A stretch of 62,901 bases of DNA, filler included, from Rhabdomonas costata (GCA_019059605.1; 19 parts of 19 records of this genome joined end to end with filler, not necessarily neighbours in it), one strand, 5' to 3'. Positions 9,942-23,088 are shown, counted from the first letter of the whole stretch. Numbers and translations are program-made. The notes: generated by a model not told the origin, from the letters alone.

Positions 9942-12910
9942 AAGCTGCGGTGGCTGATCGATAACATGCCGGAGGTGAAGAAGGTGCCGTATTAAGAGGG
10001 AGGGGGGACGGTCTTGGCCTCTTGCCTTTCTGCAGCATCCCTGAGTCGGGGATTCCAGGGTCTGGCTCCTGTTCCTGTTACGTGGGCTTCCGGAACGATC
10101 CTGCGACCCGTGAAACGGGCCGCAGGGCTGGGGCCGTGGGGGGTGATACGTTTACATATCTGGGAGACAAAGCTGTTTGCACCCGTTGGCATTCCCCATT
10201 TTCGGTGCATTTATTTACGTAATTGCTTCGAAGGTGTATTAGCGTACTTGTTTCGTGTCTCGTGGTCTTTAATCTGGAAATCAGAGTGACCCACACTTGC
10301 TTTGCATAGAAAACGAGAAGGAGGGAATGGGAGTTCCCGTTGTTGTTGTCTCGGGAGGTTCGTGGATGCGGTTTGCGGTGGGCAGGCTCGGTTTCCGGAT
10401 TGCCATCAGGTTCAGCCACCGGCAGAAATATTGAGTCCTCACGAACCTAACCTGAGTGCAGCGCACATTTTTTTCACGCATTTGCGTTTCCCCTCTTCAT
10501 TCTGTTGGTTTTTCCTCCGGATGTCGTAGGCTGTGGACCAGGGCGTCGCGCTGTGCGGCACGATAGACTCCTGGGTGATCTACGGCCTCACCGGAGGGGC
10601 CGTCCACCGCACGGACTGCACTAACGCCAGCCGTACCCTGCTGATGGACCTTCAAACCCGAAGTTACCACCCCACGCTGTGCGCCACCTTCGGCATTCCC
10701 CGCGAGTACGTCGTGTGCGCTGCCCCACACAGTCAGTGCACCTGTCTCTCCCCATCTTTGTGGGTTTCTTTTATCTTGCGTCGGACTCTTTAGCTATCGA
10801 GGCGAGCAGAGGGCTGAGAGCAGGGGTTTTGTAGGAGGGGATAACTGTCTAAACCGAGAAACGTCACCTCCCTTCACGGAACATGATTTGTCCAGAGAGA
10901 TAACAGCGCGGTTGCATCAGCCCAGGTGGGATCTCTGGGGCATACCTTGTGGATGGTAGAACTGGGGGTGTCACCATCAGGGAAAACCAAAACAATAAAC
11001 CAGACCCTGTCCTTCCCGATGAACCTCAGTGTAGAGACCAGCCGTCCAGGGGAGTGTGCGATTGCGGGAGGGAAATGATGCTGGGTTGCGCAACGTTTGC
11101 CCTACACAGCTGATAGCAGCACGGATCCTCAGCGCGCAGTGTGACCCCTTCCCTTCCTTTCTTGCCCCGCTTTTGTGATAAAGGATGCTCCCGGAGATCT
11201 GCAGCTGTACTGCGGACTACGGTGTGGTGCAGAGCGGGGCCCTGCAAGGGGTGCCGATCCTGGCCTGTGTGGGCGACCAGCAGGCCTCCGCAGTGGGTGT
11301 GCCTCTTTGGGGGATGCCCACCTTCTCCGGCGTTTTGCTTGGCGGGTTGTTGCGGGTGGGGGGCCTTTTCTGATCACTCGGTTTGTGGTTATTTCACCGG
11401 GACATTGAACCAGGTCCCCTTCTATGGTTTACATCGACGCCAGCAACGCCAGCAATCATGAAAAGAATTGTCTGAATCCCAGGCCGGCTTAGACCTCTTT
11501 TTTGTTGTAGTAGAGAGAAGAGAATGTACCAGACTGTGCGTTGCAGTGGCCAACTCTGTCGATGCGGGCTTCTACTTCTCGAAGAGGGGAAGCGGGTGAT
11601 TCTGGTCGCTTGCAGGCCAGGGCTGCCTGCAGTGCGGACAGGCTAAGAACACCTATGGCACGGGGTGCTTCCTGATGCTGAACACGGGCGGCACCCCGGT
11701 CCCCTCGGGCCACCGAAACCTCACCACAGTGGCCTATGACTTGGGCCGCTTCGGCGAGCCCGGCGGGGGACCCTCGTTCGCCCTGGAGGGCTCCATTTCC
11801 AGCGCGGGAAGCACCGTGCAGTGGCTCAGGGACAACCTCCAGCTGATCCAAAACCCCTCAGAGGCACTGTTCACTGGCACACTCCCCCATCTTCGTTCTT
11901 CCTTTTGATTTATTCCTGGCAAACGTGGGCTATTGGTGCCTTTGAGTTGTAAGGTAAGTGCTTTTATCTTCGTCCTCCTTCTTTTCTTTTGTCAGGCGCT
12001 ACTGAGCTCTATAATTTGAAATAAAAGTTGGTTGTACCAGCTTTCTATTCGTGCTGTCTCCCACTGCTCTAGGCTTTTCTATTATTCGCCTTCAAATCAA
12101 TTTGGGTCTTTTTCCCAAGGTTGTGGGTTTTCTCAAAGCTATTGCGTTCTTGTTTTTAGATCGAGACCTTAGCGCAAAGCGTGCCGGATTGTGGCGGGGT
12201 CTACTTTATCCCTGCTTTCGGAGGGTTGTTCGCGCCGTACTGGAGGGACGACGCCCGTGGCACCATAACAGGAACCACACTCTTCTCACCGATACCCGCA
12301 CATACACTCTCTTCTGGAATTCGTATTTCTCTCGCATTTTCTGCGGCGCTTGCGTGTTTCCACAGCTGCAAATGCGTTAGTTCCTGGGGGTTCATCTTCT
12401 TATCTATTTCTTGGCTACAACCAACCTCAGTGGAACATCCTCCTCTGCTAACTGGGTTTGTGTTCCATGATTTTTTTTCTATTGTTGACCTTTCTTGTTG
12501 TTAATTTGCCGTTGCATGTTGGGTATGGATGGAGTATTGTTGGTTGGTCACCCTGCTGATAATTTACTGTGAGTCATCTGCACCCGCACGGCTCCAGTAT
12601 TCGATTCCAGCGCTGCCACCGTTGATCAGCTGGTGGTGATGTTTCCTGAAGGGGCAGAAGTTGACCTTTCTTTTTCGTTGACGTTTCGCAGACCCTTGTT
12701 CGAGATTTCAGTGGCACATGTGTTTCGCAATTTTGCATATCTACAGAGACGCACCAATTGCCCCCCCCACACACACACCATTATAACTGTTTTTCTCAGG
12801 GATGACTCAGTACACCACAAAGGCGCACATCTGCAGAGCTGCGCTGAAGGCCACGTGCTTCTTGAGCTGCGAGCTGCTGGAAACTCTTCACCTCGACCTC
12901 AACTCAAGCG
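9942..12910 (+). CDS. GK: Glycerol kinase (FGGY family), internal fragment. Exons 9942-9983, 10530-10705, 11184-11296, 11616-11863, 12160-12271, 12800-about 12910
   Basis: Spliced product contains [69 protein letters not shown] and RGTITGMTQYT, all GlpK hallmarks. Confidence 0.97.
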
Positions 12911-14068
12911 TGGGCTCTTCCTCCTTCCGAAAATGGGAGGGTGGGGGCCACCTCGAGGGTGGTTTCGCCAGGGCTCGCGTCTGGCGCCAGTTAATATTGC
13001 GGCTTAAATGAGGAAAGGACCGCATCCGAAATTGGGTGGATGGGTCCCCTCGTGACCCGAACCCCTCCACTGTCCACTCTAGTTTAAAGCCACCAAACCA
13101 CCATCTGGTATCCTCGGGATCTGTGCACCCTACTCCTGAGTATTACCACCAACANNNNNNNNNNNNNNNNNNNNNNNNNNNNNNNNNNNNNNNNNNNNTT
13201 AATTAATTAANNNNNNNNNNNNNNNNNNNNNNNNNNNNNNNNNNNNNNNNNNNNGGTTTGTGTTGTTTCCATTCCCACTTCGAAAAACAGAAGTTTCCGC
13301 TGGGAAACTATGTTATTTATGGCCAAGCGTTTCCTCTTTGCACAGCACTGTAGTTCGCTTTAATTCCTTTTCTCTTTCTTTCTTCGATCCTGGTCGTTAA
13401 GAATCGGGGTTTGCGCAAGGTGAAATGCAAGAGACAGGTTTGTGTTTCTTTTTTTCATTTTCATGAGGTTCTTCCAATATTCGATTTGAAGTACCTGCTT
13501 GGGAAGGACAGCAGTGGCCAATTTTAGGTCTTTGTAAGGTCTTTTCTCTTTCATGAGGTTTTGTAGAATTTCAAGCGCCCAGCGGAACCTTTTCTTGTTC
13601 ACCTTCGTACGTACGGAGCCTGAACTTTTTTTACCGGGGCTGTGGTGAAGCCCTTTGCATGGGAGAAGCGGTTGCAACGGGAAGAAAACAGGAAGAGAAG
13701 AATAGGTGTTCTTCGTGAATCGCTCAAAAGAATTCTTCATAATGGCAGCTCTACCACCATTGTGGGAGCCCGAGAGGGCTTGTAAGGTTCAAGGGTCTGA
13801 CGCACCTTTCTCAGCGACCACGCGAGACTCCGATCTTCAGGCAGCTTATGCCGCCAACCAGCAACCAGCTGCCTAACAGCGAAAGACCTGGGTGGGGCCT
13901 TCCTCCTTCCACCTAATCGAGACCAGCGTGTGATACACCCGCACAGTGTTCACCCTTCACACTCAGCTCAGTGCGTGCGCGTGTGATCGTGAGCCTCTCT
14001 TGGTCCCTCCAGAACCGGGAAAGGGTTGCTCTGGATCTGCCCGCACCCCTGGACTGACCTCCGTGTTT

Positions 14069-15742
14069 ATGCCCGCCTGTGCTCCGCACACCGGCCCCTC
14101 GGAGCGTACCAAGGCTCTGGCCAAGAAGGTCGCCGAGGTGAAGGCCCAGCACCTCACGGGGTGCGAGCTGATGCTGAAGGGGGTCGGGGTTCTCACCGGA
14201 CTACCATTCCTGGGGTTGTGCAACTTCATCACTGTGCCGGCGAACACCAATGTGGCGATCTTCCGATTTGGGAAGCTGGACCGGATGATCACGACCCCGG
14301 GGCTGCACTGGGTTGCTCCGTATTACGACGCCGTGTCGAAGTTTGGGGGCACTCAGGTCGTGTGCGGGTTGACCGGGGGGGGGTGGCTTTTCTAGGCTGA
14401 GGTACTCTTTTAACTGCAACCAGTGAGGGCAAAGTCGGAGCAGGTTATGATACTTGCCTCCTGCGTGGGCGGTCCTTTCACCCTCAGGCCGTACCCGTAC
14501 CCCCTGACTGCTCTTGGGAACAAATGCAACGCCTCCTACCAGCACCTGGGATCTTGGGCCTCGGTGTGCAGCGGAATTATCGGTTTCCCTGCAGAAGCTT
14601 CTCTTAGAACCCAAAGGGACAACGCAAACCCAGAGAAAACTAAAGCAACGGAGAAAAGCGAAGTGAGCCCTGAAACGTCTGCGTTGCGCGGATGCGCGGG
14701 TGCACCCCTTCAGAATCAAAAGGAGCACCAAAGATGAGATTGAACTCCGAAGACACGTGAGCGATTGACGCTGCCATGGGCGTTCTTTAACGGTGAAGAT
14801 GCAGGTGGGATTTTCACACCTCTGCCTGCAAAAGTGGATGTGTGGACGGAACAGAAACTGCAGCAGAATGAGTTGCGAAGATAATGACCTTGACTTGCTG
14901 CACCGATGAGGAGAGAGCCTCGCCCCCCCTCGGTGGGTTTTTCAGTCCAAGAAAATCGACGACCTGCACGTGATTGACAGCGCGGGCAACCCCATCATTG
15001 TGTCCGCCCTTCTGGAGTACGCCATCGTGGACCCCGCGGCGTTGCACATTGCGACGGACGACTCACTGGTGGAGAGCTTGTGCCCCCTGTTTCATGCATC
15101 GCCCGCTCGCAACACTTACGTTTTCACACAGCAGTGGGTGAAAGGGGTGGCGACGATCACGCAATGCTGGGTGACGATCTGGCTTTCTAGCTACTAACGG
15201 CATTGCTCCAGCCAAACGCTTTGGCTCAGTACGCACGTGAGAGGTGGGATTGATGCGTTTTGGCTTTTGTGGGCTGTTCACAAACGCGCCAAACCGACTT
15301 TCTTCCCTGCTGCCGTTTTCTTCTCTCCCATGAGTCACACCTGAACAAGTCACTGTTTCTTCTCCTTTTGGGTCCGCTCTGACTTTCCAGCGCTGAGGTT
15401 GTTATGGCCTCAGACTTTGTCGTGGGAGTGGCTTAGGGTGCTGGGTGGGGTGAGGGATGATCAGGCGCACTTGATTCCCAGTGGATGCAACGGACCTTAC
15501 CACCGGAGGGGTCGGGAGTGCAGGAGTGGACTTGGATTGCAGTGCGTGGCTTGGGAATTGGCCCTCCTCCCCCCTCCGCGCAGCTAGTGCTGTTCAACAT
15601 GACCGAGCAAGTGGTGCGCCAGGAGTGCACCCGGCTGCCCTTGCTGGGCGAGGCCGGCCATGACATCCGCTCCCAGATCAAGGAGCTCGGCGAGCGGATG
15701 GTGGTGGAGCTGCAGGCGGACGCCTCTGTGTTTGGTGTTCAG
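14069..15742 (+). CDS. SPFH/Band-7 (stomatin-like) protein, partial. Exons about 14069-14356, 14946-15068, 15584-15742
   Basis: Hydrophobic N-terminal segment, then VAIFRFGKLDRMITTPGLHW, VIDSAGNPIIVSALLEYAIVDP and ASVFGVQ. GT-AG introns in phase 0. Confidence 0.85.
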
Positions 15743-16680
15743 GTGGGGGGGCGGGTCGGATGTCTTTTTCTTCTTTCTGTTAAACTGTGAATACTTCTCT
15801 CTCATGAAACACTTCTGTTTCTCTTTTGCCTCTGGCTTTTTGTCCACACCGGAGCAGATCGTTGCAGATTGGGATGGACTGTGAAGCTGATGATGGCTCC
15901 ATGAGCTGGTGATTTGGCATGGGGCTGGGACATCGAAATCGAACCTCCACAGAGTGGCCCGGTGCAAGTTGAGGTAGTGGGCGGTTGTAAATCACAATTA
16001 GGTCCCAGATGCCAAGTTGAGCGCTTGATCACGTTTTTTTCACCACACCCTTACTCCGGGTCGGTCAGGTCTATTGGGGTCACGTACGGTAGAACGATGT
16101 TATGCGGTATAACTCTCGGACAGTTGTTTGCCTGCCCCGTGGACACTAACACCCCGCCTCTGCTGGGGCATGCCTGGAACATAACAGTGTTATACGGTAT
16201 GACGGGGTTCTATTGTGATGGGGCGGTGTATGAAAAAAACGATTTTATGCCTCTCCGTTGTCTTTCACGTCAGTATTGGTGGTACTTTTCCTGGATGGGT
16301 TTTAGCCTGCAAAAAGGATAGGATTAGTGTAGGGTTGGAGCGGGGGGGGGGGCTCAGGACATTGGATTTCGACACTATGTCACCACGTCTAACCTGCCCT
16401 TCTCCCAAGAACAAAACAAGGGGAACGACAACGTGTGGGCCCCCGTGGTTTAGTTTCGTCCTTCATNNNNNNNNNNNNNNNNNNNNNNNNNNNNNNNNNN
16501 NNNNNNNNNNTTAATTAATTAANNNNNNNNNNNNNNNNNNNNNNNNNNNNNNNNNNNNNNNNNNNNTGTGGTGGGGGAGGAGGGAGAGGGGGTAGTGGCA
16601 GCAAAGTTTGTGAAGTCTGAGAAAGTTTCAGCAAACACTGTTTCAGCAAACAAAGAGCGTTGACCCCCACTTGAGCGTAG

Positions 16681-19544
16681 TGTGTCGGCGTTCCGGCAGG
16701 CGTCGCGGAAGGAGTTGGGGCTGCTGAAGTGCCTTCGGGTGACCTTCCGGGACGGAGGCTTACGGGCCTTCTACCGCGGCGTGGGGCCGGGGATCTGCGG
16801 GGCATTCCCCTCCCACGCGGCGTACTTCACCGTGTACGAGAAGGTCAAGCAGATGCTTCACCTTGACGAGAGGCTGCGCGCCACGGTCGCTAGCTTACCC
16901 TTTCTAGCGGGTTTGTCTTCATCTCGCCCCCTGATTCCCAGTCCACACTCGGCGTTAACCAAAAATGAGAGAGAGAGCGGGTTTGCACTTCCTATTCGAC
17001 GAGATGTGGTGGTGGAGCTCAGACATCCCAGCTCTCGAATATGGCTGGCAACTGGGAAACATGTGGTCAGGCCGATTTTCGTGCCCAGAATGCCTTTTTT
17101 TTTCCGCGGCTGGTAAGAAAGCGTTAGGGATGGTACCATGGAAGGAGACATGTTTTCTTTGAGGTTGAAAAATGATGTAAGAATACATCGGTTGTTTGTT
17201 TTTCGTTGTTGGGTCCTCACAGCCTCATTTTCGTCCCCTCCCCCTCCTGATTGCCCATCACATCAAGCGCTTCCGTATCTCACTCCACAAAAACCGTCCG
17301 CATCCCAACGGTACACGTGCCCTCAGACGACTTCATTGATGAGTGGCGAGATTGCGGGGGGGCATCGTTTTGCAGGGTTGGCTGGAGCCTGCGCCACGGT
17401 GGGCCACGACCTCTTCCACACCCCATTTGACGTACTGAAGCAAAGACTGCAGATCTCCGGGGGCACGGTGGGCGTCGTCGCGATGATAAAGAAGGTTCTC
17501 ATGACAGAGGTACCCCTGGGGCGTGGGGGGGGGGGGGGTAGCCGCCGACCCGTGTTCCCCCTACTCATGCTTTCTCCTATTCTTTCCCTGCCTCATGCGT
17601 CCCCGTCCCATGTATCCCACCACCTACGCCCACCTGTCTTTTTCTGTTCTTCCCCTTTTCCCTCTTCGAGCCCATCCTCCCTTTTCCTCCCACTCCCACG
17701 CCCACCAAACCCCCTGTAGTTTTTCGTCCATTTCATCTTGCCTGGCTGGCTGAGCAGACTATGGTCATCATTCTTTTCCGGGGAAGATTACGTTCCTCTC
17801 CCAATAGCTCGCATCCCCACGGACTGCTGTGTCTTCGTATTGGGCAGAACATGGCTTGCGTTTGGCTCTTATGGGCTCCTTTTGGACTCGTTTCACCCGT
17901 ATCTTTTCTCAGACAACGAGATGACTTTGTCTTCCATTGGTTTTCTCTATCGAGTTTCTTCTTGAATTCGCGCTGCCCTTTTTGTCTTTTTTTGGTTTTC
18001 TTCGTGCGCCTTCGCCCGCTGGGAAACAGTGGGGAATGGCGGGGGGAGGGGGCTTGGCGCAGGGCGTACGTGCGTTCTACGTCTCGATGCCAACCACGAT
18101 TCTTATGAACGTGCCCTTCTCGTCTGCTCATTTCGCGACCTACGAGACGGTGAAGACCCTCCTGGGCGCCAGTGATACGGTCCTGTCCAACTGGCACCCA
18201 ATTTCCCTTTCGTTTGCTGTCACGGCAGTGCCTCTTCACCTACCTGCCCACTGGGATGGATTTGGCTTGAAGCTTGCCAAGTTAGGAAATGTTGAATAAA
18301 CGTCGCTTGCCAAGATTTTCAACCGCCCGTTGCTGCACTGAGAAAACAGAAAGAACCCAGTTGAAACCCTCGACTCTCTGCTGCGCTTCAACCCTGTCTT
18401 TTATATTATTCAGTGCTGGGTGGCTACGTATACAAAGTGAGGTCACAGCAGACATTTGGAAAGGTTTTGCTGACCCATGTGTGGATACTTTGAATTGTGG
18501 CAAAACCAGGATTGCAGTGAAATTCTCTATCTTGGAGGTCCGTCCCTTTGCAGCCACGACGGTTGGAAAACTCCTCAAGCGACTGGTTTTGATCCCTAGG
18601 ACCAACCAGATTGGAAAAGGCATCCAGGAGGGCCTCTTTTTTCTCCCAAAAACCGTTCTACAGGATAATAAACAAAGTGTTCGTATTTTTCACAAGACCA
18701 CTGCATCCAAAAGTGGGTCAAATCCCGCTGTACACAGCGATAGCAATGACTTTCCCCGCACCCCCGCGCGGGCTCGTGTGCTCATTCCCCTCTTGCTCGC
18801 TCTTCGTCTCGGTCACTCCGACTTTCCGTTTATTCATGACGCACACTTGTGCATGCCAGGACATGGAGCACTCCTTCTGGAAGTACGCCGTGGCTGGGGG
18901 CCTGGGCGGGGCCTGCGGAGGAATTGTGTCCAACCCCTTAGACGTGATCAAGACCAGGCAGCAGGTCGGGGCCCTGCAGGCCGTCGGCGTGTTCGAGGTC
19001 TGCGCCAGGGGCCTGGGGTTTTGAGGATGCGTGCGAGTGGAAAAGAGTAAGAGGGTCAGAGAGTGCGAGTGGAGTACCTTTTTGCAGATGATCACTTAGT
19101 GGAGTCAGTTTTTTGGAAAGAGCTTTGAACTGTTTTGTTCTTGCATGGGATTATTGCTTGCCCCCGTTTAGCGGTAAGAAAAGCTAAAGTCAGTATAAAG
19201 GGTACGATGGGGGCGGGGGACTGCGCTCTTGTCATGCTTCCCGCTGACAGTATGCTCTACGAAAATTAACTACCACACCACGCCACACTCTACCACACCA
19301 CAAATGGCTGCAGCGGTAGCAGTGGGATGCCTTTCTTTCTGTGCAGGCCTTCCGGACATCCCTGCAGGCTGATGGGGCACGGGTGCTGACCCGGGGGCTT
19401 GGCGCGCGTGTGCTGTACTTTGCGCCCTCCGCGGCGATCTCGATGACCTCGTATGAGGTCGTGAAGTGGGGCCTGCGCCAGACCTCTCTGGCGCGGTGGT
19501 GCCAGCTCCCGGACGGTCATGGCCATCATGAGCATGGCCGGTGA
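16681..19544 (+). CDS. Mitochondrial carrier, mitoferrin/MRS3-4-like (SLC25A28/37), 5' truncated. Exons 16681-16910, 17376-17509, 18063-18179, 18860-18997, 19347-19544
   Basis: PxDxxKxR motifs (PFDVLKQRLQ, PLDVIKTRQQ) plus mitoferrin-type GAFPSHAAYFTVYE, GACATVGHD and MNVPFSSAHFATYE. Ends in TGA. Confidence 0.9.
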
Positions 19545-20143
19545 GGAAGTGGCCAGACAGAACCCTCTGCACACAGGGTGCGAGATGGTCTCACGCCAGC
19601 CACTGCCCGTGCTCTCTGTGTATCGAGCCCTGTGTGCATCTCTTGGCCCCTCCCGATGTATGCATGCGCATGCGAAGGCAAGCGATCTTCAAACTACACC
19701 CCCCAAAACATCATCACGGCACATGACAGAGAGCTCTTCCCGTCTTTGTATTGCCGGTGGTTACGGTTCCAGCCTTTCNNNNNNNNNNNNNNNNNNNNNN
19801 NNNNNNNNNNNNNNNNNNNNNNTTAATTAATTAANNNNNNNNNNNNNNNNNNNNNNNNNNNNNNNNNNNNNNNNNNNNGGTTTTTTGTAAATCCCAGCAC
19901 TGCTTAGTTTGCTTGTTCGTTTTGTAATTTACTGTTTCTCGCTTTAACAATATTCATATGGACGTCAGAGAATGTTTTCAAAGTCAGTGGATCCTCGTGA
20001 GACAACTGGGAAATGATACTTGGGAGAGGTGAAGAAGATGGGGTATTAATTTGTTGTTGTTTTTGACAAATTGAAAAAGTCACTGTGAGAAACGGCCGCA
20101 ACGCACTAGTTCGCCGTTGCGACCAGAATTGAGGAAGGGGAGG

Positions 20144-20418
20144 AATACCCCATATTATAGCTATCATGCACATTGTACATCCGGAGGGGACGCACTTGTC
20201 CCCCTGGGATTCCAATATATTTTGCAATGGGTCAGGAGGCGTCCCCTCGAATTCCAGCAGATATTTTGCGGGGGGTTCGGAGGTGATGTACCCCGCTGTT
20301 TTTCCAGTATGTCTTGGGCCGCGGAGCGCTGCACTCCCAGCCCAAGATCCTAGGTATATACGGGAGAAAAGAGTTGCCTACATTTTTTTGACGTTTACAT
20401 TGCCTATAATGGGGTATT
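20144..20418. mobile_element. Candidate MITE of about 275 nt with imperfect terminal inverted repeats
   Basis: aataccccat-at-tatag at 20144 is the near reverse complement of ctataatggggtatt ending at 20418. Interior is non-coding. Confidence 0.4.
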
Positions 20419-22140
20419 ATATCCATTATACTATACTATAATTATACTAAGGTACGTTACACTGTAAACTCAGAACCAAACTGAAGACTCCAGGTTGCAA
20501 TACGTCACCTACGTTCTTCTGAGTTTTGGGGTGTAACTATCCTTAGTTTCTTACTGACCAAACCTATGTCTTCGGGGGATAAATGTACCAAAAACCACCC
20601 GATCTTAGAGGCTGCAGTTGGGGACCAGCTCAACAATAACTGCTTCCCAACCTGCGTGCATCTTCTTTCTGCCACAAGGTACTCGCTGGGGTTCAGACCG
20701 GGACCGTTCTTGCGGCAAATAGCAAACATCAAACAAAGAGCAAAGAAATAGAGGGGAAATTACCGAATTACTCGCTGCAAAGCAATCAAAACCCTTTTCA
20801 GACTTTTCGAGACCCACCTGTTCTTTCCTCTCCAGAAATCGGGATTAAAGGCGGTTTCCCGCGTCGCTTCGGTTAATGCTGTGCGCCAGGGGCACGTGGC
20901 TCCTGCGGCCGCGTCAATGCCTGTGCCTGCTCGTATATAGGGGAGGGGGGGAAGGAGGCGGTGACGCCAAAGAACCTGCCGCTCGATTTGCTCAAGCTCT
21001 ACCTGAGCAGACTCACTAGCGCTCTGGGAACCGGACAAGGAATCCGAGGTGAAGATATTCGCGAACCCGCGCGCCATTGTGCAGGGAAGCTCATCGGAGA
21101 TGCTTCCAAGCATATACGCCCTCGAGAAGACTTCATCGCGTAGCGAGCCGCGGTCTGGCGTGGGGGCAGGCTTTGACAGCATGGAGGAGGCAGACACAGA
21201 GAGAGCACGTCGTCCGCAGTGCCCCCATCATTTTTATGAAATTCTAGACCAGTGCGAACCTCGCGGCGCCTGCTCGTCGGGAGGCTCATCTTTCAGAATA
21301 ATCAGCAGAGTGCCTTGCCTGCCAGTGATCGGGGGGGGGGTGCCGCACAGAACCTGTTGCTCCTGTTGCTCGAATTGCAAAAAGCTCTTCCTCTTCCTGA
21401 GAAGTATAACTGCCGGTTTGGGCCTCGGCAGGGGTTGGGGCAAGCCCAAAAAAACAGAAACGTCCCCATATAGGGGAAGATGGGGAAGGATAAAAAACCG
21501 CGCAAAAGGAGAGTAGCAGAGAGAAGGAACTATTTGCTCGAGGCATCCATAAGGGAGGGCGAGAGTTCCAAACAAAACCCCAAAACTGTGGCCTAACCGA
21601 CGGTGAGAAGGAGCTGCAGAGTGGAAGAGAAATCACTAGCGATTACAATCGGCTCTGCATGCGGTGTGCATTTTCCATTGTGTTTCATACCTCGCGGGGG
21701 GATTCCACAGTGCTGACCCTCCTTCGATCTCCAAACGTTTCGGTTTCTCGTAGTGAAGTATCAGGGCTGTATAAGGATGCCTTGTATGAGTAAAGTGCTA
21801 CATGCTAGCAAGATCGGTTTCAAGTGGAAAAGAGAGACTTTGTTGAGATGCCGGTTGAACCCAACTCGAAAGAGAAAAACGATTGTCAGGGTGGTGGGTA
21901 ACATCGTGAACCGACGATGGTTATGGCCCTGCCTCTCGTATCCTTCATGCGGCAACCAGTGCATCCGCCATGAAGCCACCAATACCCGGATGTGCGATTT
22001 GGTCATCATTGGGACAAGAAAATCCTGGAAAGAGACCTCTGGATATCTCTGGAAAGAGACTGAGTTGCATCTCACAATCGAATCGACCACACGAACCCCA
22101 AAATGCACTGACATTTGTAACAGCAACCCAAAACACAGCC

Positions 22141-23088
22141 CTAGGACTCAGCGAACCGCACCACCTTCACGCCCTTCCGTGGAGCCTCACATTCATTTGG
22201 GTCCTCCTGGGACCCCCCCGAGAGCGGGGCCGTGGCCACGTCCGCACTCAGCCGTCCCCCGGGGGAGACATCCATGAGGGCACCCTGCACGCAGATCGGA
22301 CAGCCCGTCCCAGCCTCGGCGTGGGATTGCCAGGTTTGCCAGCAGTCCTCACAGACGGTGTGGGTGCAGGGCAAGGGGTGTTCGGGCCGAGTCGACGGGC
22401 CGATAACTGCCGAGCAGACGGAACAGCTCTGCAGGGATTCACGCCGGCACGACGCCTAAATAACCCAGAGGATAGAGAAGAAACGCCCCGCAAGAGCTCC
22501 AAGAAGAGACCTCCGCCGGTTTCCCATTACCCACTTTTCACCAATGTCCTCCCTTCTCCACCACTTCGGCATGCTTCTGAATGACATACTCTCGGGACTC
22601 CGTAGCCCGTGCTTATTTCCGCCACATTGTTGTCACATTGGCTCTCGGCAAGATAAGCGACAACCGAGCGCGAACCCACACCACGCGCTGAAACCTAAAA
22701 AGTATGTAATTCAGTTTTTGGCCGCAATCAAACACTCAGAATACCCCGCAGTTATGAACGCAGACGATTGGAAATCATTGCTGTTCGAACTGCGCTGGCT
22801 GAATATGAATCTGTTCTTGGTGCCAGTTCATAACAGAAAATAACAGATCCTGGGCAGGCAACGCTGAGCCGAATCGAACCGAAGCTATAGGGACGTGCAG
22901 AATCCACAACTGCGGGGGCTTGTGCAGTCAGATCCTTCCTCTTCAAAGGGCATCCACCGGCAAAAGGAACGCACCGCTTGCAACAAAAACCATCCTCGTT
23001 CTGCAACGCACCTTAGCGGTGATCTGTTCAAGCAAGGCGCGCAGAAGCTTGTTGTTCGACATCACCTTGCGCAGCATTCCAAAACAAA
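22141..23088 (-). CDS. C3HC4 RING-finger protein, C-terminal part. Exons about 23088-23012 and 22455-22141
   Basis: CSVC...PCTHTVCEDC...CPIC after an AAG|GTGCGT...TTTAG intron. Terminates KVVRFAES-TAG. Confidence 0.85.

Noticed and set aside
13360-13740. 126-aa Lys-rich minus-strand ORF
   Set aside because: Composition follows a T-rich upstream region; no motif or splice support.
17346-17375. 30-nt in-frame GC-AG micro-intron plus 19-nt micro-exon in the carrier gene
   Set aside because: A single GT-AG intron 16911-17375 gives LPFLAGLAGACAT, which fits mitoferrin better and is simpler.
20760-21640. Overlapping minus-strand ORFs downstream of the RING gene
   Set aside because: No consistent exon model or family motif could be built.
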